NCBI GenBank assembly: GCA_010093705.1
Contig: MU006097.1
Location: 631,905-695,904 of the forward strand
Reading direction: 5' to 3'
DNA from: Patellaria atrata CBS 101060
Taxonomy: Eukaryota
DNA: 64,000 bases
The notes under the pieces are model-generated. The model was not told the origin of the DNA. It worked only from the letters and a program-made list of their open reading frames with translations, and ran no database searches. The position numbers and the translations under genes were made by a program. Below, piece after piece: positions 59,256-64,000 of this stretch. The first letter of the stretch is position 1; each line of letters starts with the position of its first letter.

Positions 59256-60357
59256 ACATCAACTGTTTTCGAAAGCCACAAGAGGCAAAAGTTGGTTGTA
59301 TTCGGGAATAGGCGGCATATGCAGGAAACAAACAGCGTGAGCATCTCCAGAGTCCAGCTACTACGGGAGATACCTTCACTCTTTACATAAGGTACTCGAG
59401 AACAAGGCTAGAAGCTGACGGGAAGTATGGATAAGTTAGGGTAGGGTACGATCGGATTGTTTTGCCACAGTATCTTTGTAGAGACTTTTAGATAACTGGA
59501 AAATATAGATTCGTTTGCTAATTCACCTCGTGAAATTATAACATGTGAAGCGTTGGTTGGTCCAAGGACCCGGTTTACTTAGCCACGAGCCCATGTTACT
59601 GTACTTGTAGGTCCCGATGAAGGTAAAAACCAGAATCGTATTCAATGATATCCACCTCTTACCCATGTAGATGATACGTTACATCTGACACGATAGGGCC
59701 TATTGGTACCAGACCGTCTGCCTTTGTACTAGAGTTGAGAATGAATGCCGGTGAGCTCCGGATAGCAGACTGGCTGGAACCACAATTCCTCTGCCATTGC
59801 TGATCGGACATAGGCATCTCAGATGATCAAATAAGACTTTTCGATCCCCTCAACTGTAGTGCGCGTAGTTGGCTAAATCCCCAACGGCAACGCAAGCAGG
59901 ATTCGCTGCGGTGCTAATGTTCTTATCTCCTCTTGGGGCTCTCTGCAAAAGGAGACCGTATACGTTACTACCTATCTCTTTAACACCCATAATGTAATAA
60001 GTATACTCCGTAATTAGAATACTATTGCTGTCCCCCGTCGCGGTTGACATTCCCCTGTCTCCGTACGCTCGAAAATCAGCTACCCGCGAACTGTTAATCC
60101 TCCAGTATAAACTGCTTCCATTCCCCCGTACGCCTTTAACTTTTTAATAGAGGCAAGCGGAGGCCCCATAGAGACTGAGCGTACAGCAGGTGAGAGTTGT
60201 CCTGGCGGGGGAATCTTTATGTATTTAAATTGATAGTTATAATAATGGGTACCGTGTGATAAGGAGGAATTCTTGGTCGGACAACAACCTAATATCGATG
60301 CAGCACAAGTTACTGCCGTGTTAATGGAAGCATCATGTTTCTTCAAAGGACAGAACA

Positions 60358-61844
60358 CTAAGGGCTTCGATTGGATCTTGCAAGCGCATCATTGGCCTCC
60401 AACTTGGGTATCTCGACACGATCCACAGTTTGAGCTTTTCTTTTCCTAATCTTGTGGGGTCTACTCTTGATGTGGAGTAACCAGGCGTCCTCTGTTACTG
60501 TAACAGTGTTACAGAACTCACACGTTCGACGCTCCCACAGATCTTGCCGTTGGCTCAGATCATATCCTTTCAGTGGTTGCAGCATCTCTGAAGCTGCGGA
60601 GGATAAGCTTGTCGGAGAGGGAAGCTCATGGCTTTTAAGGAATTTTGAGCATACGTTGAACGCGGGAGACTGCACGTTATCATTCCATGTCTTGATGTCA
60701 GTGCCATCTAGCAGAAATAGATTAGATAATGCATCGAATTCTCTAAGTGCGTTAAAAAGTTTGATCCTGATCCATCGAGCTTGACGTTTTGAGAATCTCC
60801 GGGTCGCACCTTTCATCTGCTCGACACCGGACATTCTCAATTTCGCCAAGTCTTTCTCCGAGGTATTTGTAGATTGTAGTGCCACTGTATAATCCTCAAA
60901 CTGCTTGTAGCCTATAGATTGCCATATTCCACGAGTCTTGTCAACGAACCGACCATGAGTCTCTTGCTCTTGGAGATACTCGTGCATCTTTCTCACCTCA
61001 TCTAAGAGGCCATTCTCCAACATAGCATCGATACGGTAGTCTAGTCTCGTTGAAAGAGCTCCGGTGGCTGCATATACCCAGAAAAGAAGCGTAGGGAATC
61101 GAAATCCCATAGGCGTGATGTCAAGTTTATCCTCGGCTCCGCCAACAGGTCCACCAGCGTTAAGAGACTTCCTCAGTCTTTGTTCCTCGTAGACTTCTGA
61201 TGCCTTCCTACCTGTCTTTAGCCATATCTCTAGGGATCGTTGTATTTTCCGTCTATCCTTCGGATGCCATCGAGCTGCCATGACTGGATCCACTTCATTC
61301 AATTTTTCCCATATCGCTTCAGTAGGCTCATCAAGAATAGGATATGGCTTTCTTGAATCGATTGTATGTTGATATTCTTCCTCAGAAAGCTCCGCATTAA
61401 GCTGATCTCTAAAAAGCAAAGCTTGAGTGTAATAATGCGATCCTCCTACAAGGATGGGAAGTCTGCCTCGGGACCGTATCTCGTCAATCACACCCAAGGC
61501 CTTATTCACAAAAGTTTGAACCGTCCATGTCTCTTCCTCTAATCCAATACAACCGAGTAGATGATGTTTTACACCTCGCTGCTCCTCCACTGGGATTTTG
61601 TTCGTGATTATGGGTAGTCCGGCATACAGTTGCATAGCATCTCCATTTATGATCTCCCCGTTAAATCGCTCCGCAAGGTCAATCGCTAGCTACCTGTGGT
61701 GATCAGTGTCTGGATCTAAAATGGATGAGAGGATGTTACGTTGGATTTGCCAGTGCCAGTTGCGCCTATGACAGCGATCAAGGGGCGCTGTGGTGGACGA
61801 AGCATTGTGCGTATGCTACAAAAAAGCCGGGCTAAGGGCAGCAT
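60358..61844 (-). CDS. MOD5: tRNA dimethylallyl (isopentenyl) transferase; exons 61844 (or 61805)-61740, 61689-60358
   Basis: IAVIGATGTGKS, IINGDAMQLYAGLPIITNK, HHLLG, LPILVGGSHYY, RWHPKDRRKIQRSL, QSIGYKQF, C-terminal zinc finger CEFC...HIKSRPH. Confidence 0.95.
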
Positions 61845-62812
61845 CCATGCAAAAGTAATTAGTTGACAGTTACTAATTCATTAGAGAAGATGCAATTAAG
61901 ATGGTAGTATTAAATGTTACAAGGTTCGACAGACGGTATATTTTCTACGGGAGACCGTAACTGCCAGTATAACTTCCATTAGTTCAACCAAATGTAAGGG
62001 TGGGGATGGTACTGGACTCGAAAAAACACAATTGAAAACCTGAGAAGCTCACTGTAAAACATGATTCATATCCATGCATATTTGTGCGATACGAACGAAT
62101 GATATCTTGCATGGTTCTCCATAGGTAATGTTATTGTCTGTTTTCGGTCATGTTTTCTCGCAAGCAGGCCTTGAAAAGAGATGAAGAGATACAGGATTAT
62201 TATGCCATGCCATCTCGAAGTTCCGAGGGTTTGACTCTCCCAATAATCCTATGATGGCGGCATAGTCCCTGTTGTTATAGTTTGTATGGAGTACCTTGGT
62301 GGACACTGTCCTTAAAAGCTCGCTGGATCCCCGAAATTCTCAACCTGAGGCTGAGCTAGATCCTACGAGCTGGTTCCTAATAAGCTTTAGTTCTGATTCT
62401 GCAGCTCGCAAGCTCTAAAAGCTGCTTACTTCCGAACTCCAGCATGATTGATACTTGCGAGCTTCACCACCTTTGGTGCTTGCTTCGGAACTTCAACATG
62501 AAATCTCGAGATAAGACTGGATGCATCAACAACCGCAGTGATCAACTTCCCCCTGGGCGCGATGTCGCCATTCAACCCCTCTTCACGAACACGCATAGTT
62601 ATCGAGGTTAAGCTTTTCATTGGACAGTCCAGCTCCTATGGCACACGGATATGCTATAGTCCTCCAAACCCTGGAATTCCTGCGAAAGATCAAGTCAAGG
62701 ATAAAAACTTTATAAAGATGCAGGTTGCTGTGCAGACTGGTAGAAAGCAAGATATTGGGTCAAGTTCATTTCTGAAACAAACATTCAGCAATTCCTCGAG
62801 TTTACTGGAACA

Positions 62813-63596
62813 ATGCCGTCTATTCAACAAAACCTTGAAGCCTCGAACAAAGACTATGTCTCCTCCAAGTTCCCAGGACCATTACCTCTCCCTCCTTCAG
62901 AGGGATATGCAGTTGGTTGGTTCCCCTATTTCCTTAATTATTAGCGGTCTGCGTATACCCCCTTATCCATACACATACACTCCGCCATTGAACGAAAGGT
63001 TTGTGCTGTACTTGTACAGTATAGGATCACCCGATTGGTTTGGAAGGGTGTATACTCGTATCAAATGGAGGGCTATACATATATGGTCTAGGGCGTATGC
63101 CGAAGCCGGCGGCCCTCTTCGATAGTGTTACTCTACGATGCTGTCGTGGCCTCAAATGTGTCCAGACCGACGACCGCTAACAATCGTTCCAGTCACATGT
63201 ATGGACGCGCGAATTGACCCAGCCGCTCAATTCGGGATTCCTCTGGGAGGAGCCCATGTTGTGCGCAACGCCGGAGGTAGTGTGAAGGAAGCCTTCCGCT
63301 CACTCGTCATCTCGCAGCAAATTCTGAACACCAAAGAGGTCCTGGTAATCAAGCACACGGATTGTGGCATGTTGCAGTTCCAGAAGTCCGATGCTATTAC
63401 CGCTGTCAAGCAGAATGCGGGTGAAGAAGGTGTTAGGGAGGTTGAGGATATTGAGTTCCTCACTTTCCCGGACTTGGAAGAGGAGGTGAAGAAGGATGTT
63501 GAATGGCTGAAGGGAAAGTTGGTCGAGAAGGGGATTGTGGTGTCGGGATGGGTGTATGATGTTCAGACGGGCACAGTCAAGAGAATCACGGCGTAA
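62813..63596 (+). CDS. Beta-class carbonic anhydrase (clade D-like); exons 62813-62915, 63193-63596
   Basis: Spliced product MPSIQQNLEASNKDY..GPLPLPP..YAVVTCMDARIDP, HVVRNAGG, IKHTDCGM (CxDxR and HxxC zinc ligands), SGWVYDVQTG. Confidence 0.92.
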
Positions 63597-64000
63597 ATGT
63601 CGACCTTGCGTTCCTTTTTCCTACTTTTAAAGGAATTGGGTCGCCAAGTGATTGCTCAATGAGAATTGGTTACAACCGGGAAATGTGACTGCTAAGTTAG
63701 CTTGTACCTATCTTTCTCTTTCATGCTGTAGCTGGGCGGGCTGTTATGGCTCGTGGGGAGAATTTCTTTATTGTTGTGAGTTGACTATAGCGTGAGCGTT
63801 ATAAATATCTCAATGGATTACCTGACATTGATGTACGGAGAATCTGTGATGTTTTACTGTACAGGAAACTCCTAAAATATGCATGCTTGTTCGCTTTTTC
63901 GTAGCCCCTGGCTTAGGGTACCGCTTCCTCCCAATTGCGAATGTACACTGTACCGTACCGTACTTTGTAGGGAAAAACCCGAGCTTTGGGGGAGAATAAC

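Noticed and set aside
60080..60358. 92-aa ORF abutting the MOD5 stop
   Set aside because: Non-ATG start, no motifs; most likely 3' UTR.
62538..63125. 195-aa ORF upstream of the carbonic anhydrase
   Set aside because: It overlaps CA exon 1 in another frame and runs into the intron; it has a non-ATG start and no motifs.

Overview
Eukaryotic DNA from a filamentous ascomycete (Pezizomycotina), judged from short GT-AG introns with CTRAY branch points and fungal-type genes. One 100-N assembly gap lies at 11072-11171. I can support about 20 protein-coding loci. Left arm: an amidohydrolase (cut by the window edge), bystin/ENP1, ASH2/BRE2, an alternative NADH dehydrogenase, a PQ-loop transporter, a U-box cyclophilin and a Pcl-type cyclin, followed by a ~9 kb gene-poor stretch and mitochondrial uL15. 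The block at 28.4-48.5 kb holds non-housekeeping genes: a ~3,270-aa DUF6606/DUF3638/DUF3645-type protein with SecA-like SF2 ATPase motifs, a ketosphinganine-reductase-like SDR, a disrupted HET-domain gene, a nicotinamidase-type enzyme with an apparent signal peptide, a bacterial-type YdeI/OmpD-associated protein and a small permuted-papain (NC-motif) protein. Right arm: rhomboid, a C2H2 protein, a candidate 47-aa microprotein, cyanase, a Ctr copper transporter, MOD5 and a beta-carbonic anhydrase. I found no tRNA, rRNA, CRISPR array or recognisable transposon. Exon models were built by hand from splice signals and frame continuity, and family calls come from motif recognition, not database searches. 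The best leads are the accessory block as a possible conflict/immunity locus, the putatively secreted nicotinamidase, a possibly mitochondria-targeted cyanase near a carbonic anhydrase, and the TAG-for-Trp lesion in the HET gene.
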